Assembly: GCF_009914755.1 (NCBI RefSeq) | Contig: NC_060945.1 | Direction: 5' to 3' (one strand) | DNA length: 64,000 nt | Source: the human T2T-CHM13v2.0 reference genome, Homo sapiens | The notes under the pieces: generated by a model | The model's database searches: none | Told to the model about the DNA's origin: nothing | What the model saw: the letters and a program-made list of their open reading frames with translations, nothing else | Position numbers and translations under genes: made by a program | In this document: positions 34,958-47,899 of the stretch, piece after piece | Position numbering within the stretch: the stretch's first letter is position 1 | How the letters are laid out: each line of letters opens with the position of its first letter

Positions 34958-35344
34958 CCTCATCTGAGATTTTTGAATGGAGACTAGTGCCTTTTTCCAT
35001 TGGAAAATATGCCCCGCGCTTCTCAGGATCCTGTCCCAGGGAGCCGTGAAGCACAGCCTAGATCCAAAATAAAAGGTGTCAGCCCTCCAGATCCGTCCCC
35101 TTACAAAAAACAGAAAAACAAATATCCAGTAAGACCTAGGAGAAGACAGTGTGCAATACCAAAGCAGTGTTCTTGTCTTCTGTATAGAACCACAGCCTTC
35201 TGTCCTTGTGACAGCTTAACCTAAAGCCTGATGTCCTCAGAAGCAACCCAGGGGCACCGGCCCCATCAGCAGGCCTGCTCTTCTAGCTCTCGGCAGAAGC
35301 CAGGAATGGGTTCCAGACAGGAGCATCTCAGAATAACTTCTTAG

Positions 35345-35775
<431 letters not shown>

Positions 35776-35978
35776 TGAATTTTGACAAACTTGTTTAGTC
35801 CTGTGACCTCCACCACAAGCGAGATATGGAACATTTCTGTCACCCCAAACCCTCCCCTCTGCTCCCTCACCCTGCCTCTGGCATCCACCGATGGGATCTC
35901 CACCCGTAGCATTGGCCCTTTCCAGAAGTATGTGGCCTGTGAGTCTGACGCAGGTGCCTTAGAAAGAGAACGGGAGAA

Positions 35979-36288
35979 GCTGGGTGCGGTGGCTCACACC
36001 TGTAATCCCAACACTTGGGGAGGCCAAGGCGGGTGGATCACCTGAGGTCAGGAGTTCGAGACCAGCCTGGCCAACATCGTGAACTCCCCATCTCTACTAA
36101 AATTACAAAAATTAGCCAGGCATGGTGGCGGGCGCCTGCAGTCCCAGCTACTCAGGAGGCTGAGGCACGAGAATCACTTGAACCCAGGAGGCAGAGGTTG
36201 CCGTGAGCCAAGATCGCACCACTGCACTCCAGCGTGGGCAAGAGTGAGACTCTATCTCAAAAAAAAAAAAAAAAGAAAGAAAGAAAAA
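35979..36288 (+). mobile_element. Alu (S-type)
   Basis: 18-bp TSD agaaagagaacgggagaa. Confidence 0.93.
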
Positions 36289-36385
36289 GAAAGAGAACGG
36301 GAGAAAGAGGAGAAATATCTCAGCATGCACATCACTGTCACAGGCCCACGGCGCCTGGTTAACACGGAACTCCTGTCCTTTCTAG

Positions 36386-36460
36386 TACCTGCTCTCTCCA
36401 GAGACCATCGAGGCCCTGCGGAAGCCGACCTTTGACGTCTGGCTTTGGGAGCCCAATGAG
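36386..36460 (+). CDS. PDE9A: PDE9A exon [25 protein letters not shown] (75 nt), start of catalytic domain
   Basis: tcctttctag|TAC and GAG|gtaagt. Confidence 0.96.
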
Positions 36461-36996
36461 GTAAGTGCGGGGCTTGCAGGCACCACGTCCCAGGGGGAGG
36501 CAGCTCAGGATCTTGGACGCCAGTGGGACCACCCCCATCGCTCTTCCTCCTTCTTGCTTTCTCCTCTTCTTTTTAAAGACTGAAAAAAAAAAAACAAAAC
36601 TTGTTTTGCCAGGTTTTAGTTGAAACTAACTAACACTTTATAGCAGGGCCCAGGAGACTTCACAGCAAGGGGATTCTGTGAGTGGGGGAGACGGCTGTCA
36701 GGGGCAGGGAGGCTCCACCCAGGGCTCCTGACGGCGCTGGGCCCCCCGAGCCATCTGCTCATCCTGCAGACCCTCATGCACGCCGGTGGCAGCCCCGTGC
36801 TGCAGAACACCCCTGCCAGGAGCAAATCTCTCCTCAAGGAAGGGGCTGCGGTCAGAGTGCTCTGCTCTGAGAGCAGTGCCTGCAAAGGCAAGGCACAGGC
36901 AACCGGCTGCCCCAGATAAGTGGACATGTGGGATTCCGGGAACTGTGTCACCTTCTGCAGCAAGGCTTGAGGCCAGGAATTCCACACTAGCCTGAG

Positions 36997-37336
36997 TGAT
37001 ATGATTTGGCTGTGTCCCCACCCAAATCTCACCCTGAATTGTCATAATCCCCACGTGTCAAGGGCAGGGCCAGGTGGAGATCTTGAATCATGGGGGCAGT
37101 TTTCCCCATACTGTTCTCGTGATAGTGAGTAAGTCTCACGAGATCTGATGGTTTTATAAATGGGGGATTGTCTTTTGCCTGCCGCCATTTAAGTGACTTT
37201 CTCCTTCTCTGCCATTCTCCATGATTGTGAGGCCTCCGCAGCCATGTGGAACTGTGAGTCCCTTAAGACTCTTTTTCTTTATAAGTTACCCAGTCTCAGG
37301 TATGTCTTTATTAACAGTGTGAGAACAGACTAATAA
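36997..37336 (+). mobile_element. THE1-type MaLR solo LTR
   Basis: tgatatgatttggctgtgtccccacccaaatctc start; cccagtctcaggtatgtctttatt...agactaata end. Confidence 0.9.
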
Positions 37337-38942
37337 GCTGGGCAACATAGCAAGACCTCGTCGCTACAAAAAAAAGGTGTTAAAATTCCTATTTGCTGAA
37401 AAATACAAGAATGGGGAATTTTTTGTTTCATCTCATTGGCTAATAGACCCCCTCTTTTCACACCCCAAAAAATGAAAAAGTTCCCTCATTGCAGACCTCG
37501 GCCTCAGCTGTTTTCAACGCACCAAAATCTAAGGACGTTTTCCTGCTTGTCAGCAACACAGAAAATGCACAAGGCTCCTCAGCAAGCTCACCTGTGCTCT
37601 TTGACAAGCTCGGCCGCAGCGATGTCTCTGCAAAGGGCAGAAAGTGGGCTCTTGCCTCTTGGCACCCCTGAGGCCAGGCTGCTGACACCTGGGGCACTGC
37701 CCTCTCCTAAGTGAACCTCTTTTCATGTGCATGGTCTCCCAGCAGGAGAAAAACTGCAGCACCAGCCAGAAAAGCAAAGCTCCAGCCTCCACTCCCCAGC
37801 TCAGTTCACCCAAGAGCAGCAGGCGGCCAGTCCCAGGGGCTGCACTGCTGCAAACCTGCTCAAAACCTCCAGCCGCCACGTGTCAACTTGCTCCCCAGCT
37901 CTGAGAGTGCAGGACCGGGGCGCAGAGACGACAGAAGAGGCTTTAAATATGCAGAATGACTGTCTAGGTCAACGCACAAAAGGAAAGGGCCCCAGGTGTG
38001 GGAGATGCAAGGGGTGAGAGGGAAAGCTCAGAAGAGACGTGTTGGAGCTGCTGGCCTGCAGCAGCTCCCAGGGTCCCTGCACAGCTGCTGAGATTGGGCA
38101 GAGCAAGTACACAGCAAGTAGACACCGCAGACAGTTAGAGCACACTGACTCCTGCTCCCAGCCTGTGGGCAACCGCCGCACCTCAGCATCATGTAGAAAA
38201 ATCACCATCCCCAAAGTCATTTTGACCTCAGCCTGCTGGGAGGAAGAGCCAAGCCAGGGGCCACTGATGGCAAAGCACCTGCGTGGAAACTGGCACTCGC
38301 TGTCTTTTCTGCCACCTTCTACCAGGGAACCCTTTGAGCACGGGCCACTGTGACTGGGGAGGTGGGGCTTGCCCCACGAAGCTGGGGGATCTGTGTCTCC
38401 ATAATAGAAAGGCCACCTCTCTGTCCTCTGATCACAGAGTGGATTCACAGCTGCTCTCGGGGCTGGCAGGTGGGCAAGGCAGACAGCTCCCGGCAGCTGG
38501 ACTCAGCCTCTGGGTGGCATCTCCCACGGCCCGTGGCTCCTGCCCAGCAGATCTCAAGGGCACTCCAGGAGACCGATGAGGGTTCCAGTGCTTCCAAGAA
38601 GTATCTAGCTGCCTGTGTGTGAGAATGCAGAGATGCCCAAGACAGGAGCCTTGGCCTCTGGCAGATCTAGGGATGCCAGGAATTTTGGAGTGTGAGTGGC
38701 AAAGAGGGACAACTAAAGGGACACACATGAAAACAGCCCACTCGGCCCCACAAAACTGCATCTGGCCACGCATGAGGCACCTGGCACTCAGAGAACGTCA
38801 GGGCGCCTAAAAGTGATCACCTCCCTCCCTTCCAGCAGGGGCGCCCCCACTTTTCTCCGAGTGGTTTGGCCCAGTGTCCTGCCCATCACAAACCAGACAG
38901 AGGACATGACTTCAGGCTGCTGTGTCCTCCCATGTGTTAGGG

Positions 38943-39083
38943 CCTCCGAGGGCCCAGGGCTGTGGCCCGTGAGCGTGGCCTGCCTCTATCCTCCGAGGGC
39001 CCAGGGCTGTGGCCCGTGAGCGTGGCCTGCCTCTATCCTCCGAGGGCCCAGGGCTGTGGCCCGTGAGCATGGCCCGCCTCTAT
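38943..39083 (+). repeat. 47-bp minisatellite, 3 copies
   Basis: cctccgagggcccagggctgtggcccgtgagcgtggcctgcctctat at 38943, 38990 and 39037. Confidence 0.95.
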
Positions 39084-39882
39084 CAAGTGCAGAGCTGGAA
39101 GGCTGCAGGAGCCTCCCCCGTCATCTCATGAGTCCCCCACTCACGACCATGCAGCCCACTCAGACCACGACCTGCCGCCACATGCGGGAACTGCTGGCTC
39201 CCTCGTGCCCGCCCGGGGCTGAGGACTGCACGTGCAGCCACAGATGCATCCGGCCCTCCTGCCCCACAGCCTCTATGAAGGCCACATAAATGGCACCAAG
39301 TGTCTCTGTCTGCCGATCAGCATCCCCTCTTGGCTTCACAGCAGACGCATCTGCCTTTCAGGACTGCCTTGAACAACATCTGGGCTGGTCAGGTGGAGAG
39401 CGAGGAGTTTCCAGGTTGCAGCCCCTATGGTCCTGAGGGCTGGCGTCCAGGATGGTGGGGGTCCAGCAGCTCTGGGCAGCGAGGCCCCTGGCTGGGTGAT
39501 CCAGGTGGCAGCTGACCAGTGGCCTGGGAGCCAGCCCTCCTGTCCTCACGTGGGGCCCCATCTCCAAAAGCCAGTGCAGTGCCCTGCACATTATCCAACC
39601 TACATCTGTACTGTCTCCCCAAGGAAAACGAGTGTGTGGTTCACGTGCTTTAAGGACGTTTCCCAGGTGACATTCCAAGCTCCCATCTGTGGCCGCAAGT
39701 GGGGGAGTTTCCAGTTTTCCAGATGGATTTTCTGCCATGCCAGAGAACCCTCCGCCTCCTTCAGAGCCATCTCATCAATGCAGTGATCGCAAGCTTCGAT
39801 TTACAAAAACTCGCCTCCCTTGCAGCATTTCCAGGTTTCACACACAGCGTAACAAGTAAAAATGGATTTTTGGGCAGCACGC

Positions 39883-40347
39883 CTGTCCTAGTTTGCTGAG
39901 GCTGCCATAACAAAGTACCAGAGACTGGGGTGGCGTCAGCAGCAAAAGTTGATTCCTCAGTTCTGGAGCTGGAAGTCCAGGATCAAGGTGCTGCCAGGTT
40001 CGGCTTCTCCGGAGGCCTCGGTCCCTGGTCTGGGACCTTCTTGCTGGGGCCTCGGTCCCTGGTGTGGGACCTTCTTGCTGGGACCTCGGTCCCTGGTGTG
40101 GGACCTTCTTCCTGGCCAGCAAGATGGCCGCCTTCTTGCTGGGTCCTCATGTGGCCTGTTCTCTCGGCACATGCATCCCAGGTGCTCTTCCTCCTCTAAT
40201 GAAGACACTAGTCCCATGGGACCAAGGCCTCACCCTGACTAGATGGAAACTTCATTACCTCCGTAAAGGCCCCGTCTCCAAATAGCCCCACTGGGGTCGG
40301 GGCTTTACCATGTTGACCTGGGGAAGGGGGCAGTTCAGTTCGTAACA
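39883..40347 (-). mobile_element. MLT1-type MaLR LTR with internal 34-bp tandem repeat (40016-40110)
   Basis: gctgccataacaaagtacca...ttctggagctggaagtcc; repeat units start at 40016, 40050 and 40084. Confidence 0.8.
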
Positions 40348-41395
40348 TGCCCTTTTGGGAGGAGAAAGTCAGGCAATGAGCAGACACAGGCAGGAAGCCA
40401 CGCCGGGCTCCAGCAGGGATGGCCCAGTGCCCTGTACAGGCAGCAGGCAGCTGGGCTGGAGGTGGGCCCTGGGTGGAGGACACCTACCAGGTGTGTCTAA
40501 ACTGCCCCTTTCCTACACATCTTCCTTCGCACTGGGCTCGCCACCCAAGACCTGCTTTTTCCAGAAAGCAAAGCCTACTTTGGTCAAACTCTCATTTTTA
40601 AAAATCACTTCATCTTTTCCTCCCTAACTTAATTAGCTCCAAAGCACTGAGCTGTATTGAAATAGATCACCACAATGACAATCCTCTTTGGGACTGAAAA
40701 CAAAATCTATTTCAACTTGAACAGGGATATTGATAGAAGACAGGGCTCCATGAAAAAGGGTTAGGAGGAGCCGCTTGCTGGGGCAGGGGCCGCATCTGGG
40801 CACTGCAGTTAAGATGTTAAAGTGTCTTCGGTCCCAGGGGGCCGCAGATGAACACAGTTCAGCGTTTCTGGATGTAAATCGTCAAAGCTCCTTCGATCCC
40901 CAGCCTCGGGCAAGGAAAGGGCCTTTCTCTCTGTGATGCCACCTGTGCTCAGGTGTGCACTGGATGGAACTGTGTCCTAGACCCCTCAGCTGTGATATTG
41001 ATCCGCTGAGATTGTTTTTCATCTGTAGAAATCAATAAATTCCTTTTTGGTGCAGTGTTTTGTGAACGGGTGCACTCTCTCACCCGGTCGCTGTCCTAAG
41101 AATTCTCCTTGACTTCGGAACTGGCCCTCCACGCCCCAGGATCCACCTGCCAGGAGACCCCCAGTGTGCTCTCAAACCCCCACCCATCTGAGTGGCCTGG
41201 AAAGGCTGGTCTGAAGACCTCTCTTCCCATGTCTGCCGACCAGGCTTTGCTCTCCAGGGACTTTCTGGGAGGGGGAGAACCCACCTCCTGCCAACGGCCC
41301 TGCTGGCACTCCGAGGACAGCAGAGGGAAGGAAGCCAGGGGCTGGGGAGCCGGCCACACAACTGCCCAGTGCCTATCCTTCTCCTGTGCCCACAG

Positions 41396-41482
41396 ATGCT
41401 GAGCTGCCTGGAGCACATGTACCACGACCTCGGGCTGGTCAGGGACTTCAGCATCAACCCTGTCACCCTCAGGAGGTGGCTG
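41396..41482 (+). CDS. PDE9A: PDE9A exon [29 protein letters not shown] (87 nt)
   Basis: tgcccacag|ATG and CTG|gtgagt. Confidence 0.97.
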
Positions 41483-41767
41483 GTGAGTGCCAAACCCGCC
41501 TTCGGTTCTTCCTGGGCACGTGGTTTCATCCAGTTCCACAGGAATGGAGGGAATGGATCACCAGGGCACCTTCCGGATGGCACTGCGCTCCCTGTGAGCA
41601 GAGGTGACATTTCCCCGGGAGTTCTGTGAGGACACTCAGCCTGTCTCTGTTCCTCCTTCCACCAAAACCTTCTTTACGCCCGAGCTACTCCTGCTCTGAT
41701 AAGCAAGGAGTAGCTTATCAGTGAGACTCTGCCATCATCAAGCAAAGCAGCATGTCCTAAAGCAGCG

Positions 41768-42285
41768 GTGTGTGGGAGCGTGTGTGTGTGTGTGGGAGCG
41801 TGTGTGTGTGTGAGAGTGAGTATGGGGGTGTGGATGTGAGTGTGTGTGAGTGTGGGGTGTGGATGTGAGCATGGGGGTGTCTGCATGTGTTTGTGAGTGG
41901 GTGTGTGGATGTAAATGTGTGGGAGCGTGTGTGTGTGTGAGTGTGGGGTGTGGGTGTGAGCATGGGGGTATCTGAGTTTACGGGTGGGTGTGTGTGAATG
42001 TGTGGTGGGAGTGTGTGGGGTGGGAGTAGGAGTGTGGAGGTGTGTCTGTGTGTGTCAGTGTGGATGTGTGCATGTGTATATCTGGATGTGGGGTGTGTCT
42101 GTGTGTGGGTGTGTGTGAGGGTGTGTGTGCATGTGTGTATCTGTGGATGTGAGGTGTGTGTGCATGTGTGTATCTGGATGTGGGGGTGTGTGAGGGTGGA
42201 TGTGTGCATGTGTGTGTGTGGATGTGGGGTGTGTGAGTGTGTGGTGTGTGAGTGGGTGTGTGCATGTGGGTGTCTGCCTGTGTGA
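41768..42285 (+). repeat. TG/TGG-rich low-complexity tract (~520 bp)
   Basis: Degenerate (TG)n. Confidence 0.95.
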
Positions 42286-42724
42286 ATATGTTTGGCAGCA
42301 GGTTTTTTTAATGAAATATTGCTCAGAACCAAATATTAAAAGCCTATTAAAGGTTTCATGGCGACTGGGGACCCAGAGCTCCCTCTTGGAGTCTCCCCTC
42401 CCCCCATCCCCTAACTTTATGCCCCACTGTGGCTCCTCAGACACCTCCGGGGAGACCCCAGTCCTTGACTGCAGGGTGAAACCCCTGGTGGGAGCTCTGT
42501 CCCCACACCTGCCCCGGGTGCCGTGGTGTGGCCCGCTGGACGTTCTCAGGGTCCCTGTGTCACCTCATTGGTACCTGTGGTAAACCTGGAACACTGTTGA
42601 CCTCTGGTTGGGATGAGGGTTTGGCAGAGAATGTTCAAACCAGCGCACAGCCTTCTGGGTGGCTTTGGGAGGAGAGGTGGGCGGGCCCAGGCACAGGGTG
42701 ACTCGGACCCCCTGCCTCCCGCAG

Positions 42725-42829
42725 TTCTGCGTCCACGACAACTACAGAAACAACCCCTTCCACAACTTCCGGCACTGCTTCTGCGTGGCCCAGATGATGT
42801 ACAGCATGGTCTGGCTCTGCAGTCTCCAG
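42725..42829 (+). CDS. PDE9A: PDE9A exon [35 protein letters not shown] (105 nt)
   Basis: cctcccgcag|TTC and CAG|gtgggt; carries the class I PDE NPFHNxxH metal-binding motif. Confidence 0.98.
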
Positions 42830-43221
42830 GTGGGTCCTGCCCGCTGCACACCCAGACCTCTACTCTCGGGGGTCAGACGGAGGCCCCCTTCCAGGGAGCG
42901 GCAGCCCCATCCCACCAAGAGAGCCACAGGCGTGGGGTCCCCAGCCGCTCCGCCCCTCCTAGGGACGCACCCCTGCCCACCGTTGTCAGTCACCCCATGG
43001 GCGAGGCTGCTCCTAGGATTACAAGAGCAGGTGAGTCCCCGACCTGGTCACCCCCCCAACCCCCACAGGCAGGCCGATCCTCTCCCACCATGCCAGGAGA
43101 TGCCAGATGGCTGCAGGGGCCTTTGTCCCCCACTTACCACTCACCCAATTCCACCCCCCCTCACCCCATCCCACCCTCCGAGTGAAGAGAGCAAACACCT
43201 ACACCCTGTTTTCCAATCCAG

Positions 43222-43304
43222 GAGAAGTTCTCACAAACGGATATCCTGATCCTAATGACAGCGGCCATCTGCCACGATCTGGACCATCCCGGCTACAACA
43301 ACAC
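43222..43304 (+). CDS. PDE9A: PDE9A exon [27 protein letters not shown](T) (83 nt)
   Basis: ttccaatccag|GAG and AAC|gtatgt; PDEase signature [10 protein letters not shown]. Confidence 0.98.
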
Positions 43305-43930
43305 GTATGTACAGGATTTTCTCTTTTTTTCCTTTTAAAAGGCACCCTGGCTACTGGAGGGAACCTGTCAGCCCAACCCTCAGAGCAGTTCCCAGATGGA
43401 GCTGTCAACGACGGCCTCCCAGCCCCCAACTCTGCCTCCACTGACACAGCTCCTGGCTTCTGGACTTTGCCCAGGGCCTTGGGTCTCCCCGGAGTAGGAA
43501 CTTTCAGGATTATCAAACCCCAGGGGGTCTTTCCCACTCCTGTGCGGGCCTGGCTTCAGGCTCAGGTGCACGGCAGATCCCTGGCCCCGCCGGCGCCTTC
43601 TCCACCCCAGGCAGGGAGCAACACCTGTCCGCATGCAGGGATGGGGGCTCCACACCCCCCTCTCAGGAGCTCGCCTCTCCCTGGGCAGGCTCCCAGCTGG
43701 CTTCCGCAGGGAAAGCACAGGCAGGAGCCAGAAGAGAGCAGAAGAGGGGGAGAAGAGGGACTGCAGAGGGACAGGAGGTGGGAGTGAGGTGTCCCTCGTG
43801 GGGCCAGGGATCAGAAGGACAGACCGTTGCTCCACTCCTGCCTCCACAGGCACAGAGTTCCGCCCCATGTGGCGGACAAGGTCCAGGCCATGGGCTTGGG
43901 TCTGTGTCCTCAGTGGCGCAGCAGCTCTCT

Positions 43931-44253
43931 CTGTTGAACTGTGTGTTTGTGTGATGTCATCACATGCCTGAGAGCTCTGCTGCCATGTGTCAGCGCCTAG
44001 TGGGTTCCGAGGTGTGGCTGTCAGCGCTCCTCCCGGGGCCATCACCATGCACACCCATCTGTTCCCCTTTTGCTCATTTCACACTCACAGTGGCCGGCAC
44101 AGCACAGGTCAGCAGAGGCCTTGACCACAGCATCCCAGTGAACCTCAGCCTCGTTCTGCCCACCTGCCTCTGGCACCTGGTGACATTTGATAATCTCACA
44201 AGAGGCCGTGATGCCTCAGGGCCTGTCCCAGGGAGCATGCCGCTTCCTCAGAG
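43931..44253 (+). repeat. Left arm of a ~325-bp inverted duplication
   Basis: Reverse complement of 46313-46640. The ORF track shows it too: 43964+ and 46249- share GSEVxLSALLPGPSPCTPICSP. Confidence 0.96.
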
Positions 44254-44479
44254 GTGTCTGTCTGGTGGGACTGCCCGAGCATGGGGACGTGCAGTTGCAG
44301 GGGCAGCTGAGCGGCAGGAGGGACCTCCTGGCCAGGCCAGGGCACAGGCAGCTCCCCCAGCCCCCACGGCACCTTCTCCTGACTCTACTTGCTCCACTTA
44401 CATGGCTGGGTGTTGCTCCCCGGTGCAGGTACCTGGTGAGGGCGCCTGAGTCTCCCCTCACTCTCTCCTTGCCTCCCAG

Positions 44480-44636
44480 GTACCAGATCAATGCCCGCAC
44501 AGAGCTGGCGGTCCGCTACAATGACATCTCACCGCTGGAGAACCACCACTGCGCCGTGGCCTTCCAGATCCTCGCCGAGCCTGAGTGCAACATCTTCTCC
44601 AACATCCCACCTGATGGGTTCAAGCAGATCCGACAG
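44480..44636 (+). CDS. PDE9A: PDE9A exon [23 protein letters not shown]...KQIRQ (157 nt)
   Basis: gcctcccag|G and CAG|gtgtgt; LENHH motif; phase 2 to 0. Confidence 0.98.
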
Positions 44637-44955
44637 GTGTGTGGGGTGAGGGCCCTCCCACCGGAGTGGGGGCACATTCAGGGACAGAGCAGCCCCCACT
44701 CTCCATTGGCTGGAAGCTCCCAGAAGCTCCTGGCCACAGCAGTGCCCTGGGGACCCAAGGGAACCCCTCCCTCCTTCCTCACCTCCTCCAGGGCCCAGAG
44801 TGGCGCCCCAAAAAGAGGGTACCCTCGCCATGCGCACGTGTATCCCACTGACCTGCACTTCCCAGCCTGTATTTAATTCAGCCTTCACTGGCTCCCTTTG
44901 AGATAAATCCTTTGTCCCTCTTCCAGCCCAAGAAACTGAGGCTTAGCAAAGGTAG

Positions 44956-45389
<434 letters not shown>

Positions 45390-45614
45390 ACCCCTTCCAT
45401 TTTAGATAAGGGGGCTTTATGCCTCTCAGGGCGTGATGGGAGGAGAGTGAGAGGATATCTGCGTGAGAGGAAGATGACCTGGTCCACCTGCCCCAGACAA
45501 ACACCTCCAGCTCACCGAAATAACGCCCCATTCCACACGGGAATTCCTCATCAAACCCTCACTCTCTGACATTTGCAGGGGAGGGAAGCTCTCGGAGTAA
45601 ACCCTGGGAGAAAT

Positions 45615-46052
45615 GTGTTGGGTTGAATAGCAGCGTCCTTCAAACAAGGTCCACCTCCCGTGAATGTGATCTTATTTGGAAAAGGGTCTTTGCATTTGTA
45701 CTTGTTAAGATTTCCAGATAAGATCAGTGTGGATTGTCTAAGGGGGCCGTAAATCCAAAGACTAGTGTCCTTGGACGAGGAGACAGAGTAGAAAACAGCC
45801 CAGACACAGAGGAGAAGGCCGCATGAAGACGCAGTGATTGGAGATTTGAGTGATGCAGCCCCAAACTAAGGGACTTCGGGGCCCCCAGGAGCAGGAGGAG
45901 ACAAGGAAGGACCCTCCCCTGGAGTCTTCTTTGAGAGCAGGGCCCTGCCCACACTTTGATCTTGGTTCTGGCTTCCAGAACTGTGAGAGAATGAGTTTGT
46001 TGTTTTAAGCCGCCTAGTTTGTGGTACTTTGTGTGGCGGCCCCAGGACACTC
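45615..46052 (+). mobile_element. MLT1-type MaLR LTR
   Basis: tgtgttgggttgaat...gtgatcttatttggaaaagggtctttgca...cttccagaactgtgaga...gtggtactttg. Confidence 0.82.
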
Positions 46053-46312
46053 ACCCAGGGCACCGTCTTCTGCGGTTCCACAAGGCAGACCTCAGCCATT
46101 CGAAGTCTAAGTGGCTTCCTTCCAGAGGCAGCAAGAAAGACTGCCTGGACTTCAGCACTGGGAAGATACTCACCACCCTCCAGGCGTGCTGCTGAGCCTC
46201 CCTTTATCAGAGAGCAGCAGCCTCTTCTACCATGGCTTTCCAATTTGTCTACGCTTCCAGGAAGTTCAAAGCCCAGTGTAAAAAACTGAAGTCAGTGAAG
46301 CATTTGGGGAAG

Positions 46313-46640
46313 CTCCGAGGAAGCAGCATGCTCCCTGGGACGGGGCCCTGAGGCATCACGGCCTCTTGCGAAATTGTCAAATGCCACCATGTGCCAGAGG
46401 CAGAGGTGGGCAGAACCAGGCTGTGGTTCATTGGGATGCTGTGGTCAAGGCCTCTGCTGGCCTGTGCTGTGCCAGCCACTGTGAGTGTGAAATGAGCAGG
46501 AGAACAGATGGGTGTGCATGGTGATGGCCCCGGGAGGAGCGCCGACAGCCGCACCTCAGAACCCACTCGGCGCTGACATACGGCGGCAGCGCTCTCGGGC
46601 CTGTGATGACATCATTGCACAAACATACACAATTCAATAG
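46313..46640 (-). repeat. Right arm of the inverted duplication
   Basis: About 90% identity to 43931-44253 by hand alignment. Confidence 0.96.
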
Positions 46641-47367
46641 ACAATTTACAGTCATTATTGAATCACCGGTTCCCAGTACAGTTATCTCCCCTTTATCTAT
46701 AGGCTCTCTGGCCTCTCCTCCATGTTTGTGCCCCTCCCCACCCTGCAAGCAGGTGCCCTGTGTGGCTACGATAAGCTGTGGCAAATCTTCGTCTGCAGTA
46801 GGTCAAGGAGCAACCGTGAAGAGAGAACGCTGCATCTGCCACTGCTACCCCAGTGGGGAGCTCCTCCAGGGACAGGACCTGGGGAATCAAAGCAAGTGAA
46901 CGCCCCTTAGTGTAGGCCTCGTCCCACTGAGCCATGTCGGAGAGCATCCCGCAAGAGAAGGAGGCGGCACCTGATTGGAGGAGCAGCCGCTCTGCACAGG
47001 GGATCGTTCTCGTGCCCATCCACCGTGGGGACACACCAGCATTGGCCTGCTTCAAATGCTTCACTGACTGCAAAATATGACTCTCCTCTGGGGGTAAAAT
47101 TAGTTGTCCCACTTTTTTAAAAATATATTTTGTCATGGAAGATTTCAGGAATAACTGAATAAATGCTTCACTAATAACACAATTAAATGTTTACAGGAAA
47201 ATTGAATAATTCAAGATACAAGTGATCCCCCCAAAAAAATATATATATATACAGTTGAAATGACCTAGATTGATGGGTTTGGGTTTTGTATCTGATGCTT
47301 GTTGTTTTATTTTCTTGGAAGAGGAAAACATCATACCTGGCACAGAGATGTGTTCTGTAAATGCTTG

Positions 47368-47660
47368 TGGGGTGGGTGGGTGGATGGATGGATGGATGGA
47401 TGGATGGATGGATGGATGGATGAATGGGTGGATGGGTGGATGGACAAATGGATGGAAGGGTGGATGGATGGATGGGTGGATGGGTGGATGAATGGACAGA
47501 TGGATAAATGGGTGGAAGGATGGATGGATAAATGGATGGAAGGGCAGATGGATGGGTGGATGGGTAGATGGATGGAGGATGAATGGGTGGATGGATGGAT
47601 GAATGGATGGGTTTTTGGGTGGGCAGATGGATGTGTGGACAAATGGATGGGTGATGGATG
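47368..47660 (+). repeat. (GGAT)n / (GGGT)n simple repeat
   Basis: Direct observation. Confidence 0.95.
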
Positions 47661-47785
47661 CACATATGAATCGGAATAAGAGATACATGAAATAATGTGT
47701 GCAGGGGGCTCAGTACACAGTAGGCCTCCGCTGAATAATTGTTCAGACTATACCCGTGTTAACACGTTGTTCTCTCGCTATTTAG

Positions 47786-47899
47786 GGAATGATCACATTA
47801 ATCTTGGCCACTGACATGGCAAGACATGCAGAAATTATGGATTCTTTCAAAGAGAAAATGGAGAATTTTGACTACAGCAACGAGGAGCACATGACCCTG
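47786..47899 (+). CDS. PDE9A: PDE9A exon [14 protein letters not shown]...EEHMTL (114 nt)
   Basis: cgctatttag|GGA and CTG|gtgagt; ILATDM motif. Confidence 0.98.

Noticed and set aside
38943-40110. CRISPR-like appearance of the 47-bp and 34-bp repeats
   Set aside because: No unique spacers, no cas genes and a human intronic context; these are plain tandem repeats.
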